Assembly (NCBI GenBank): GCA_035084275.1 | Contig: CM068742.1 | Coordinates: forward strand, 70,556,001-70,620,000 | DNA: 64,000 nt | From: Hydrolagus colliei | Taxonomy: Eukaryota | Reading direction: 5' to 3' | Part shown: positions 1-13,086 of the stretch, in pieces | Numbering within the stretch: the first letter of the stretch is position 1 | Layout of the letters: the number at the start of each line of letters is the position of its first letter | The notes under the pieces: generated by a model | What the model was told of the DNA's origin: nothing | Seen by the model: only the letters and a program-made list of their open reading frames with translations | Database searches by the model: none | Made by a program: the position numbers and the translations under genes

Positions 1-1554
1 TACTTGTATGGCTCATTTTGCAGGGCCTTGTGTAGACGTTCATTAAGCTGTAATCTTGTGGCGGGGTTAGGGCAAGGGGTTGGGGAGAGAGGAAGGATAG
101 GTATTTTGAATATACATTTGACTAAGGAACCATTGGTGCCTAGTAATGCTAAACGTTTGTCAGGACCACCAGTCGCTAATTATTACAACCATTTCTTGAA
201 CGCTTGAAATCTCATACTGCTGCTGGAAAGATAAATTTTGTTGTGTGTTTTTTTCTGTCCCTCTCCTCATCCATTTCAGCAAACCCCAGCTAAACCAACC
301 TGCTAAGAAAAGAAAATAATTTCCCTTGTGCAAACATACGGCCATGTAATAGATGTGACCTTTACCCGTGCAGTATTCTGTCTCCCATGCCTCTCTGAAG
401 CCTCTTTGAATTTACTGTGTATAATTCAGCACTTAAATACAACAATTTAAATGTGAAGTTGAATAAAGGACAGAAAAAGAAACAAGTTATGTATGGTTAG
501 GTGAGACATTTGTTGGATATAGTTATGCGAAGAACTATTAAATGTTTGGTGTCAGATTTGTTTCCACACATCATTGGTATCCTCTTTGCCAGTATTCCCT
601 TTGTCAGTTTCAGGTCAGGTCGAGCACCTCTGTAGAGATGGATTGACTGGTACTGTATTGTAGACAATTACTAAAGCAGGTTTATTACTGCATTAAATAC
701 ACTTTACTTTAAATAACAAGTGGTCATGAGAACATTGTTTTTATTTGGGAAAAGAAACCTACAGTAATTCTAAGGGCAGGTTAAATTACAGATATCTCTA
801 ACAGCAAAGGATGAAAGCCCCCATAACTTCAATGTGTAAATCGTGAATGTTACAGCTGCTCATGGCACAACATAAAGAAAGTTCAATAGTAGGTGAAAGA
901 TTTGGAGTCTGTTTGGAGTTCAGCTTCTTATTCTTACTTGTTAAATATGATGAAAGTTGTTTGCATTACCTGGTGCAATTGTCAAGGTAGGATGTATGTT
1001 AGCTTTTCAAGAAGGAACTAGATAGATAAAAGGTAATAATGGGGAAATAGGTAAATGAGACTGATATGGCTGTGCACAATTGGCTACCGCGTTTTGCCCA
1101 CAAATGACTGTACACACTTTACAATATATTCTGTGAAGCTCAACAACATGATCAGGCACCATATCAAATGCAAGGCGGATTATAGTAATATTCCTTCCAT
1201 TTGATAAGGGGGCCTTTCATGTTGGGAGAACGTCTCAAAGCGCTTCACAGGATCTTCTTGGTGTTAGCACCAGCCACATATCTAATCTATGTGGAAACAG
1301 GACTTTCCTGGCCTTACCTGCTTCAAGACACTTAATTCAACCAAGAAACACCAACATAGTGCTGAGAGATGAGGTAACATTTCAATAAGCAAAGCTTTTT
1401 GTGGGGGGGAAAAAAGCTCCAACAAACACGAGCAAAAATTCAGAATCTAGAACATATGTTAAATGGTAATATTTATTACTCACAGAAGTAAAGGAAAGAT
1501 AATGTGGACTAACCAAAGCATTGAATATACTGAAGCATCAACAAGTAAAAATAA

Positions 1555-1866
1555 TCATCATAATAATATTACCATGCATATTATATTGCGCTTTTCACAC
1601 CTTCTAGACGTGTCAAAGCACTTCACAGAATATACTGCAAAGTGAATTGACTGTGCCTTTGTGGGTGAAACATGGCAGCCAATCGTCCACAGCAGTGTCC
1701 CACAAACATTGGATTGAAATGGCTAATTTATTATTAATTTTATTTCTTGAGATTATTATTAGGTATGTATAATAAGGAAAATTGCCCAAGGTATCACCCT
1801 GCCTGGAATCAAACCCAGGTCTCTCGCTTGTAAGGCAAGTGCTCTACCACTGAGTAACAGAACTCC
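1555..1866 (-). mobile_element. tRNA-derived SINE (short form)
   Basis: Reverse complement of the same family. Confidence 0.85.
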
Positions 1867-2061
1867 ATAAAAACTAGACACTATGGTTACCAACCAAGAA
1901 TTTGCCCAGTTTCACAGAAAATAGTAGTCTGTTGACCTCTGGAACTTCCTCTCTCTATCCCTCCATCTCACCCTCTCTGTCCATCTATAATTCAGGCCTT
2001 AATATCTACCTTAAAATCCCTTGCTTGGTGTCTTAAAGTGTCCAAGAAGCTACCCTATGTG

Positions 2062-3441
2062 AACAACAACAACAAAATTACATTTATAGAGCGCCTTTCA
2101 CGTCAGGAGGATGTGCCAAGGCACTGAACAGTTAGGTCAGGACCCGAGCAGGGAGAAAAGGGATGGGGTAGCGGCAGGGGGAAGGAGAGTAGGAGAGGAT
2201 GGAGAGTTAGGAGGGGAGCAGAAGAGCAAGGTCTTGAGACCGGTCTTGAAGGACGAAAGGGAAGAAGCGAGGCGAAGGGATTGCGGAATGGAGTTCCAGA
2301 GTGTGGGGGCAGAGAGGCTGAAAGCCCGGGCACCGATGGTAGCGTGGTTCGGGTGGGGGACATGGAGCAGACTAGAGCTTGCTGAATGAAGGGGACGGGC
2401 AGGCTGATAGGGAGACAGCAGGTCGGAGAAATAGGCGGTAGAAGGCCATGAATGGCCTTGAAAGTGAGGATGAGGATCTTGAATTCGATCCTCTGGGGGA
2501 TGGGGAGCCAGTGGAGACGGGTGAGGGTGGGAGTGATGTGGTCAGGGAGCCTAGCGCGGGAGAGTACACGAGTTGCAGAGTTTTGAATAATCTGCAGCCT
2601 GTGAAGGGAGGAGCTGGAAAGGCCGACTAGTAGAAAGTTCCCATAGTTAAGCCTAGATGTGATGATTGCGTGGTTAAGTGTTTCGGCAGCATGGGGGGTG
2701 AGGTAATGGCGGAGTCTGGCAATGTGGCGGATGTGGTGGAAGGCAGAACCGGTCATGGTACGGATTTGGGGGAGGAAGGCCAGTTCAGGGTCGAACAAAA
2801 TGCCCAGATTCCCGACTGGCTTCGAGAGTATAGCCTTGAATGCTGAACTTGCCAATGCCTGAGGTGCAGAGGAGCTGATGTGAGCCAATCAGGAGGGCCT
2901 CTGTCTTGTTAACGTTTAGTTGGAGGAAGTTGTCCTTCGTCCAAGACTCAATGTCAGACGCAGTCAGAAGACCAGTAGTCCTGGAATCGAGGGTGGAAGT
3001 GGAAAGGTAGAGTTGGGTGTCATCCGCATACATGTGGAAATTTACCCCATGACTGATGTCACCGAGGGGGAGCATGTAGAGGGTGAAGAGGAGGGAGCCA
3101 AGGACAGAGCCCTGGGAAATGCCACGTGAGACCGTGCGAGAGTTGGAGGAAACAAAGTGAAGGCGTGTGAGAGGTATGACCGGAACCAATCAAGGACAGA
3201 GCCTTGAAGATTACTGCTGTGGGCAGCATGGAAACCCTATTGGAGGGGTTCAAAGAGTGAGAGGGTTGAGCGGAAAGAGCAGAGCTGAGAGGCAACCTCA
3301 AGGTCCACTCTTTTGAGGACCTTGGACAGGAAAGGAAGGTTGGAGATGAGCCGGTAGCTTGAGAGCTGCGACGCATCAAGGGAGGGTTTCTCTAGGATGG
3401 GGTGATAGTGGCAGTTTTGAAGAGAGTGGGAATGTTGCCAG
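2062..3441 (-). mobile_element. L2 LINE 3' portion
   Basis: [38 protein letters not shown]; 3' stem-loop plus (TTG)n tail at 2062. Confidence 0.92.
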
Positions 3442-3589
3442 ATGAAAGGGCATTATATAAATATATAAATGCAAGTTGTTGTTATTGTAAGAACCTAAGA
3501 AATACTGGATAAAAAAAGAGCAATTTCCATCTAATTCACCTTCCACAATCCTGGCGGTTGCATGCACATATGTTCCGAACTACCTATGT

Positions 3590-3992
3590 ACAGACACCCT
3601 CGGGACCTTCGTTATCCGGCACCCTCAGTACCTGACCGATGCCGGTTAATCAAATATGCCGAATATTCGAGCGGCAAGTTGCCGAAAATCAAACAAAAAA
3701 AATTAACTTATTTTAAAACATACCATATTAATAATAGACTAAATAATAATAGAATAGTGCATGGGTACTTACCAATAAAGCATTCCAGCACACTCGGTAA
3801 AATGATCTGTAAAAAAGCATTCCAGTAAATTCCGGCAAATTTAATAAGTGCATAAGCGCAAAGTGAGCATACCGCGAGTGTCCCGGATGGCCACGGTATG
3901 AGATCCGGTTGCTGGAATGGTGAATTGTATTGGGAGACACCGGTTGGTTGAGTTTGCCATTTGATTGGGCACCGGATAAACAAGGTTTATTG
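3590..3992. mobile_element. Non-autonomous Tigger-like element
   Basis: TA-flanked imperfect TIRs (cctt..ttatccgg / ccggataa..aagg); CpG-rich interior. Confidence 0.5.
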
Positions 3993-4029
3993 TACTTATA
4001 TCCCATAATGTTATTTCCGAAAAGAAAAC

Positions 4030-4520
4030 GACCTAATCTGTGTTTGAAAGAATTAACACTTCCTGCTTCAACTATCTCCCTAAGGGAGCCTGTTCCACAG
4101 GTTCACTATTTGTTCACTAAAATAGTGTTTTGTAGAATTGTTCTAAATTTAACCCCACTTCAATCCCAGATCATATCCTCTGGTTTTATTATTCTGGATG
4201 AGTTGAAACAGCCTGTCATGATCTGTATTGTCTTGCCCCTTTAGAATCTTAAAGACAGCAATCATGTCACATCTCAATCTTCTCTTTTCCAGGGTGAACA
4301 GGCCCAGTTTCCTCTGTCACTCCAGTTTCCTATAGTCCAGTCCTTCCATTCCCTCAATCATTTTGTTTGACCTCTGTAACTTCTCCATTTCTCCAATATT
4401 CTTTTAGTACTGCGGTGACCAGAACTGTACACAGTACTCTCAGTAAAGTCTCAGCAATGATTTACACAAATGGCAGGATTGCCTCACTATTTTGGTTGAC
4501 TACTGATCTTTTGATAGTTG
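4030..4520 (-). mobile_element. CR1 LINE fragment (degenerate)
   Basis: Reverse strand shows vqfwsp / LFTLEKRRLR-like remnants. Confidence 0.55.
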
Positions 4521-7500
4521 GCAATTCTATGCCAAGGATGCACTTGAGAAAAGCAATCCGTCCGATAAAATTATATGGATAGGAAATTCTTTATGCAAAA
4601 CATGGAGTAGATTTAAGGAAGTCCAGAAGAGGTAACACAATCTTGAGGAATGCTAATGGATGAGTTGAAAGGTTTTTTTCAGTAAATACTGTGATGACTT
4701 ATTTGAAAGCCAAATGTTTATAACTGATGGCAAATGTCTCAAAAGTTGGAAGCCTTAAGATTTTCCACTCCTTGATGCTCAAAACCTTAATATCCCTTTG
4801 CAGCCTGTGAAGAAGATAAGGATTTATCTGTCTTTACTTGTCAGAGAAAACAACATGCAGTATATATAATAGGAGCACTGTAAATATTCACATTTGAATA
4901 GCTCCCAAAACAATGAAGTTGCCATATTATACCCCTATTTTAACATGCTGCGGATTCTCAGAATTGTTGGGTGCTTTCATATCTTTCATACAGTGAATGC
5001 TAAATGAATGGCCAACAGGCAACCAATGGGAATAAAGGCCCCTGGTGCTATAGAACTGTAGGCAAGCAGTAAACACAGAACTAATCAGTGCACATAGCAA
5101 TGATGGCACACTTCCAAAATTATGTAAGGAATTAAATTAAATTGGCACAGCATGACTGCCATTTTCATTTATGCATTCATGTTTCCATTGCACTAACGTA
5201 GCTGTTATTTTCTTTGGCAAGTTAAATTAGCGTATAATAACTCCAGCGGAAGACATACAGAAGGATGCCCACTCTCCCCCATTTAAAAGTGTTGACAGCT
5301 CCTGGGGAAGGCTTGCCCCTTCCTCTTCTTTAACAAAGAGAGCCTCGAGGGAAGCGGAGTGAAAGCAGAGTTAGGGCAGGTGACAATCTCCAATGGTGAG
5401 TCCATGATACCACATGAACGATAGGAGCGGTAAAAATGAAGAATTATGATAAGGAGCTAAGTGGCCAGTCAGTGAAATTTCCTCCGCAGATTTATTTGTA
5501 AATGAAAATTGCATGAAATCATTCTCAACCAACGGGTATCCCCAAATCCCACCGGATAAAATAATCCAACTGAAATTGAAAACCTGAAAGAAAACTAAAG
5601 CTCCAGACAATCCACTTTCTGTGTTTTCCAGAATGAGTAACGCATGCATGCACCTGAATCATTGACGTAGGCCGACATCTGTAACTACAACAGGTCAATC
5701 ACCTCCCTGCAGAGAGTGAGAAAACTGGCCTGCTCGTCAATTCTTGCGTGCCTCCTGGTGGCTGATTCGAGCATAACTTTGTCGTACATGTGGCTGAGAA
5801 TGGGTGGATTCTACAAAGGGATAGAAAGAGGGAATGAAAAGAAAAGCATTTTTTTTCCAATGAAACGCAAGAAAGTTATGAGTATCTTAATACAGAACTC
5901 CCTGCGAGCCTTTTGGGGTGCAGCACAAAAGACTCTTTACATTTGATGTAGGGCCTTATCACAGGGTGAAGTGCAGTGACTGCATGTGTAGGCAAATGCA
6001 GAAGCAAATTTGCGCACAGTAACATCCCACAAACAGCCATGAATTGAATGACGTATTTTATGGTGAGGATTGTTGGCCAGGACATTGAAAGAAACTCCCC
6101 TCTCTTTTTGAGTAATAATAATAATCCTTGCATTTGGTGTAGTGCCATTCACATTGGGAGGATGTGCCAGAGGTTATTCACAGGATTTACTGGGTTTTTT
6201 GGATGAACATGGCAGCCAATGTGCACACAGCAGTGAGCCACAAACAGTAGTTAAGCTAAAGTCTAATTGTATTATTTGAGGGGGTATTGTTGGACAAGAA
6301 TGTAAATGTTTCCTGGTAGTAACTTACCAGCCAGTGGAAATCTGAAGTCCGCAGTTCGTTCTCTGCTGTGAGTAGTCAAAGATTATATTACTGTATTCAA
6401 CCATTCAGCTAGCTTGCTAACATCAGACAAATTAACATTACAAGAATTGCTTATCACTAAGTGTTTCATGCGCAGCGTGAACAGCAGGAGACTCAGAATC
6501 ACCAGCTCGAGAACGTCGTTGGTCACTGCTCCCAGACTGCGCTGTTTCCATTTATCATTGCACTCAACTGCCTACCGCAGAGTCATTATTTCAATGCAAC
6601 CAATTAATTTGATATTAATTGCCTGTTTTAATCAACTTTGAAAATGAAACATTATCGAATGCTTTGCACACTTTGTAAATTAAACAGTTTAGGTTGTCAA
6701 TAATGATTTCTGCCTTTACATTTTGAAGGGTGCCGTATTTGCCCGACCAAAGTGAAAACTTAGGTCATCAGTTAACAGCTCAGGACAGGAATGAACTATG
6801 CACTCAAGTTTTGCACGTGCACTTTGGGAGGTTTAGGGGGACTACAAAAACATCTGTGACTTGTAATTTGGGCTACAGCAATAGAGCATTTTAAAAGAGA
6901 ATAATTGTATAAATGTTATCGGAAGTCAGCCTCTGTGTATCCATAACATCGATTTAATCCAAAAATATTTTGAAAAGTAGCAGCAGTGTCCCCATATATA
7001 GAACTTGCACAAATTGTATAAGGATTGGATTTGCGTTCTGAATGAATGCGCATTATTCTGGGGATGTATCCCCTCAGATTTAAATTGTGGCGGACTGTAA
7101 TTCGTGGTTGAATTACAGGCCTAATTGGGAACACATAAAGATGTTGAGTTAGCTTCTGCCGCAGCCAATTACCATACCTATTCAGTGCATCCCAACGAGA
7201 GCCGCTCTTAAATCTCCTTAATCGGATACTACAACAGCCCATTGATTCTGAAACCTCCAGTCTGTTACACTACAGCTGAGATTAACTGTAGTGCAGCAAT
7301 CTCTTTGTTCCCAGCTCTGATTTATTTGGCTCTGTGATGGTGCAGCCACAGTCTGCTCTCCACCGCAGTAGATAAATTCTGAAGCTTGACTTTATTATCT
7401 GCCGGCATACATGTATACCTCCAGCGCAAGTCACAAGTGCCCAGCGTAAGAGGCACTCAAATCTTTAGGGCAAATATTTAGTATTAAAATATTGCCTGAG

Positions 7501-8064
7501 GCGCCTGCAGTCCATCACACCGTTCTGGTCCCAACTTCAACCATGTGGGAGGCATCGGGATACACTTCTACTCATGGGCAAGGAAAATCAATGGGAAAGT
7601 CTTCAGCAGAGACATTTTAAATGGCAACATAGTCAAACAGCTGGATAAAAGGAAGCAGTTATAGAGGACATGGAGAATGTGATGAGGAATGAGCTGCTCA
7701 TTTGTTTTGTTTTTTAACCTCTCTTCAATTATTTTTATTTTGTTTCTTCCTCCTCTGTTTCCCACTCTGTTTGAGTCTCTCAATGACATGCAAAGACACG
7801 ATATAAGTTGAAGTCATCGCTGATTGTTCTTTTGTTTCTCTGCTTCTCATCTACACTTCATTCTTCATCTGCTATTCATTACTTACTCCTGAGTTCCCAC
7901 TGGCCTGGACGCTGGGAATAAACAGTGTAATTTTCACTATGCAACAAATGAATGGATAACAAGCTAGTCCTAGAAAATATAATTATCTTTAAAATCATCG
8001 AGAATCTCACAATAGGAATCTCACAGACAAGGCAAAGTTGGTCAATCATGGCTAAACTAGATTG

Positions 8065-8370
8065 TGGAGCTCCTGTAGCTCAGTGGTTAGAGCACTCGCC
8101 TTACAAGCGTGAGACCTGTGTTGGAATCCAGGCTGATTAGGGTGAAACCTTGGCAAGTTTCCTTACTCCATATGCCTAATAATAATCCATCCAAAAAAAA
8201 ACACAACAATATAAATTGGTCATTTCAATTGTATGTGACTGTTTGTGGGGACACTGCTGTCCGCAATTGGCTGCCGCTTTTCACTCACAAATTTACAGTA
8301 TATTCTGTGAAGCTCTTTGAGACATCGATAAATTGTGAAAAGTGCTATATCAAATGCAAGGATTATTATT
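8065..8370 (+). mobile_element. tRNA-derived SINE with L2-type tail (short form)
   Basis: A box tagctcagtgg, B box gttggaatcc, tgtttgtgggacactgctgt..caattggctgcc core, tail aaatgcaaggattattatt. Confidence 0.9.
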
Positions 8371-9269
8371 AGTTTTATTATTATTTTCAATGGTGATCCT
8401 GGCGAAATTGGGAACCTGTATGGAAACAGATATACTGACAGAGGGTTAAGATGCATAAGTGGGAATGCAACTATTAGAAGAAATAAAGGGATAATGCACA
8501 GTTAAGAGAAATCTGGATGAAGACGGCCCTTCGCCCCATTTTATCTACTATTTTGGATTTGTTTTTGTGACAAGATTAACGCAGATTATTTGTGACATTT
8601 TTGTGGAAAGTTTGACTTTTTTTTAAGTGAGAAAACATGACCAAGGCAAAACTTCTATTCTGTGAATGAACGAGTGAGTGAATGAAGTCCACATTTTCAT
8701 TTATCTCCCAACCAAAAGCTGATAAGAATCTCTTTGGAACTGAACTCACATAGACAAACAATCAGACACACAAAGCAGCTAAAAGAGAGATCTTTTACAG
8801 CTTTATCACTAACCAGCACGTGTTGGGCAAAATTCTCTGCATAGTGGAGAACTAATGGTCCTTGGTGGGAGGCAAAAACATGGAGTGCAGACAATAAAGG
8901 CAACTATAGAGAATTGCAGTCTTCTCTGCTTCAATAGTGCTGTGAAAATGCTTCTCACTGTCATGCACACAAGCTTCCATAAAACCTATTCAGGACTGCT
9001 TAAGGTGCAGTGTTCTCATACAATTCATTCCCCACTCTTCACGTTTGAAGGTTATACAATGTTTCCACTATATGAAACAGAACCTCCTGAGTCCCAGCTC
9101 CTGTGCCTGATGGCTTTGATAAGAAACAGTGCAGAATTGATCAGGCGAACTGAAGACAGTGATGGGTCTGAGGGATGGATTCTGATCATGACAAAGGAAT
9201 CCCATGAACTATTTTCCTCAATTTATTTCTCACCCAAGAGTGCCACAACAACACACATCTCCAACCTAC

Positions 9270-10384
9270 CCAGCCGCGGGGGCCGAGGGAGGGAGGGGGC
9301 GACTGACTGACTGACTGACTGACTGACTTTTTGAAAGGTAACTGACTCCACCGGCAAGCTGCCGGGTCAGGAGGCCTGCGGCCAGCCGGTGGTGGCGACT
9401 GACCAACTGACTGACCGATTCACACACACACAGCCTACTACAGTGGTTGACCTCAATGTCTGTGTTCCTACATTCCGTGCTCACCAACGCTATTGTCAAC
9501 CCGTTCTGTGAACTACACATTGATCTAACAACATCTCCCTCGTCCTGTCCCCTTCAAACTCAGCCTCTGTTCCTAACAATTTCCCTTCTCAGACTACAAT
9601 GTGATCCAGAGATTGGCTCATATGTGTTCGTATGTCGGACATCCTGCATGAAGTCCACATAGTGTTGCCAAACCTCTGGAGTGTAGAAAAATGCCAAAGA
9701 GAGAGAAAAAAAGTGTAATAGCTTTAGTTGCCACCGTAAGGTTTCCACTATTACACTCACCTGATGTTCCACAAATCCTGAGGTACCAGAAACACAGCGA
9801 AAGAAAAATGGCGCGAGTTTCAGTGGTCAATGTACTGTTCCAACCAGCACAGACTTACCTTGGGTTGATGGCTGAGGTGAAACCCAGAGGTGATCAAGGT
9901 CACAGGCATGGACAGGCTTCCAGGTCAACTTTTGAATAACTGAGGAGAACCAGCCAAGCAAGAACCCACAGAAAGGAGCCTCCTCATCAAACCTGCAAAT
10001 GATGAAATGGAGTGAGAAAAATCATCCACAAATACAACAAATTGTATTTTCTCACAAAGATCAGTCAAACTAGCAACAACGATGAATCCCATGGGGCTCC
10101 CATTACCCAACGTTCAGATTCTTTCCCTTCACCACCACAGAGAAACACCATTGCACATGATTTACAGTCCACCCGAAGGACAATTACAGACTTTCAGCCC
10201 TGAGCTGACTGAACCACCCACTCAAGGCCAGAACCAACTCAGCCAAGTTAACAATTCAGCCAAGTCAACAACCCCAACCGTGATCCCAACTCCGCCTGAC
10301 CCAAGGAAACTCCACTGAGCCAGGCCTGTCAGACTCTGACCCTCCACAACTGCGCACAACCAACCTCGGCAAACAGACACTGAT
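9270..10384 (+). mobile_element. Possible decayed 5' part/ORF1 of the Tx1 element
   Basis: Contiguous with ORF2; faint YVGHP...CRK..C..KKCN zinc-knuckle-like remnants near 9630-9725. Weak. Confidence 0.3.
9301..9328. repeat. (GACT)n microsatellite
   Basis: About 7 perfect units. Confidence 0.9.
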
Positions 10385-12026
10385 GGTGCCCCCAGACGAT
10401 CCACCTATTCTTACCCCAGTGGGTCGGTCTTCTCACGAATAGATTTTCTATTCGTTTCGAGAGGACTAGAAGTTGTAAATACTGACGTTCAGCCGGCGTT
10501 TTTTACCGACCATCGCCTCCTGCTGACGAGCTTGCTAGTTCACGGAAGCACGAGGAGAGGTCGAGGGATGTGGAAGCTGAACGTGAAGCTTTTGACCCGT
10601 AAGAATGTAGAGGAGTTGTGGAAAGAGTACCGAGGGTGGATAACCTTGAGGGACTTCTGTGACTCCTCTACAGAATGGTGGGAAATGGTGAAGAGTCGAA
10701 TCAAAGAATTCCTTATCCAAAAAGGCGTTCAATTGGCAAAGGCCACGAACCTGGAAAGGGATAGACTGCAGAAGGAGTTGCAAAAGCTCCTAAAGCAGCA
10801 GCTAGAAGGTACAGATGTTAGGGAGGCAATTAAAGAGGTGAGAGACCAGCAAGGAGTGCTGCTCGCCTCGGCAGCCTCCAAGATCTTTTTCCGCTCCTGA
10901 GTGCGCACGATAGAACGAGACGAGAAGTGTACCAGCTACTTCTTCCGGAAAATGAACAGAGGTAGCTCTGTGATTTCCGGGTTGAAGGATGGAGACGACT
11001 TGGTGTGCACAGAACAGGAAGACATGAGGAGGATCACAAGATCTTTTTATGAAGACCTGTATCGCGAAAAAGCCACGGAGAGCATGGCCACTCGGGATTT
11101 TCTCTCTGCCCTCATTGAAGTGGTGGACGAGAGGAGTCGAGAACATCTGGATCGGCGCTCTCGATTGAAGAACTAACCAAGACGGTAAGTTCCCTCAAGA
11201 CTGGTGGAACTGTACTTAGTCTTGTGGGACGTGATCGGACTGGTCCTCCTGGAAGTGTACGAGAGTATGCTTCAGGAAGGAATCATGGCTGACTCGATGC
11301 GGAAAGGTAACATCACCTTGAAAAAGGTCTCCAATTCTTTAACTCCGCCTTCATGCGGAGTGTGGGGTGCAGGAGAGAGGGGTGGAGACCTGCTTCATCA
11401 ATCTGGACCAAGAGAAAGCCTTTGACCGAGTATCTCATGACTACATGTATGAGGTACTTGCCAAAATGGGTTTCGGACAGAGAATTCGAGATTGGGTCCA
11501 CCTGCTCGATAGAGATATCTGTAGTGCAGTGATGGTTAATAGGAATGAAATGCTGCCTTTCCCCGTGAGGTCTGGAGTAAGGCAGGGGTGCCCCCACTCC
11601 CCAACCCTGTTTGTCTGTTGCATCGAGCCCTTTGCACAGGCAATCAGGAGGGAGCAGAGCATCAGAGGTGTCACCATCCCGGGCAGCCGAGGCATGCAAG
11701 CCAAGGTGTCCTTGTATATGGATGTTGTCACGGTTTTTTGCTCGGATCATCGATCGATCGAGAGCCTGATGAGCATCTGCAATCATTTTTAACGGGCTTC
11801 AGGTGCCAGAGTGAATCGCCAAAAAAGTGAGGTGATGTACTTTGGCAACTGACAAGACCACACGCGGATACCTTTTGAGGTCAAACCAGACTACATTAAA
11901 ATCTTAGGAATCTGGTTTGGGGCCACCACATCGAGGGAAAAGAACTGGGATCAACCTATAGTGCGAATTTGGCAATGTTTGAGGCAGTGGCAAGAACGCA
12001 AGCTATCAATCACTGGGAAGAACCTG

Positions 12027-13086
12027 GGGCCATAGTTGGTTACTAAAAAGGCCTGTAGTTGCTTACTAAGCCTAGTTGGTAACTAATTGGTATTCATGAA
12101 ACATTACTAGCGTTAGTTACATTCTAAGTTTCTTACTAAAGTTGGTGTTGACCCAGGGTAACTAAGTCACTAGTTAGCAACTATACCATTTTATCACTGA
12201 CCACCGACGTGACAACATGGCCAGAAGAATCATGGAATTGGTAGAACTTTGTCGTGCTATGCGAAGAGAACGCATATTCCGGGACAGGAGGAACCCAATA
12301 GACATATTTAGTGATGCAACAGCGATACAGATTTTCCCAGGAAGGGATAATGCAAATCACAAACTTAGTTGCGCCCGATATTGAACATTCCACAAGGAGG
12401 AGCTCCGCCCTTCTACCATATCAACAAGTCCTAATTGCACTACAATATTATGCATCGGGAATTTTCCATATGCTCGTAGGGGATCCACTCCAAGTATCCC
12501 AACCTACAGTTTGCCGAGCCATTCATCGAGTTACCAATGCGCTGTGTAGAAAAATTTACGACTTTGTGAAATTCCCGGACGAAAACAGCAAATTAAGGAT
12601 GGCTTCTTTGATATGAGAGGCTTTCCAGGAGTAATTGGATGTGTTGATGGAACACACGTATGGATAGTAGCTCCTCACGAGAATGAAGTAGACTATGTTA
12701 ATAGAAAAGGATACCCCTCTATTAATGTCCAAGTTATCTGTGATCATAGAGGGAAATTTATAAACATAGTGGCACATTGGCCTGGATCAGCACATGACAG
12801 TAGAATTATTAGGAACAGCCAAGTATGGGACATTATGGAAGGTGGAATGGTTCACAGCTGTATCCTAGGTGACAGCGGATATCCGTGCTGCAATTGATTG
12901 ATTCCAATTCCAGTTACTCAAGTATGCAACTAAATTCTCCTAGTATGTAACTAGTTAGCAAGGTTCTTAGTATGGTTTCATGAATTACAATTTAGTTGTC
13001 AACTCCATAGTTGGCTACTAGGCATTTTAGTATCCTACTAAAGCCTAGTTGGCTGCTAAGTTAGTAAGGTTTCATGAATATGGCCC
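12027..13086 (+). mobile_element. PIF/Harbinger DNA transposon, internally deleted
   Basis: TIR GGGCCATA...TATGGCCC; 3-bp TSD CTG (12024-26 and 13087-89); subterminal TAGTTG/CAACTA and TTCATGAA repeats. Confidence 0.93.
12217..12897 (+). pseudogene. HARBI1-like Harbinger DDE transposase, frameshifted and 3'-truncated
   Basis: MARRIMEL..RERIFRDR../QRYRFS..ALQYYASG..VSQPTVCR../[46 protein letters not shown]. Confidence 0.9.

Noticed and set aside
1-900. Possible 3' UTR of HHIP (AATAAA near 463)
   Set aside because: Expected only from human synteny; no HHIP coding sequence is visible.
8855-9310. 151-aa ORF (also 63376-63834 and similar)
   Set aside because: No recognisable domain or splice structure; partly repeat-derived and compatible with chance.
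12040-12185. CRISPR-like or satellite array of TAGTTG repeats
   Set aside because: Irregular subterminal repeats of the Harbinger element; vertebrate DNA, no spacers or cas genes.
12311-12897. Domesticated HARBI1 gene
   Set aside because: Frameshifted, truncated and bounded by TIRs and a TSD.
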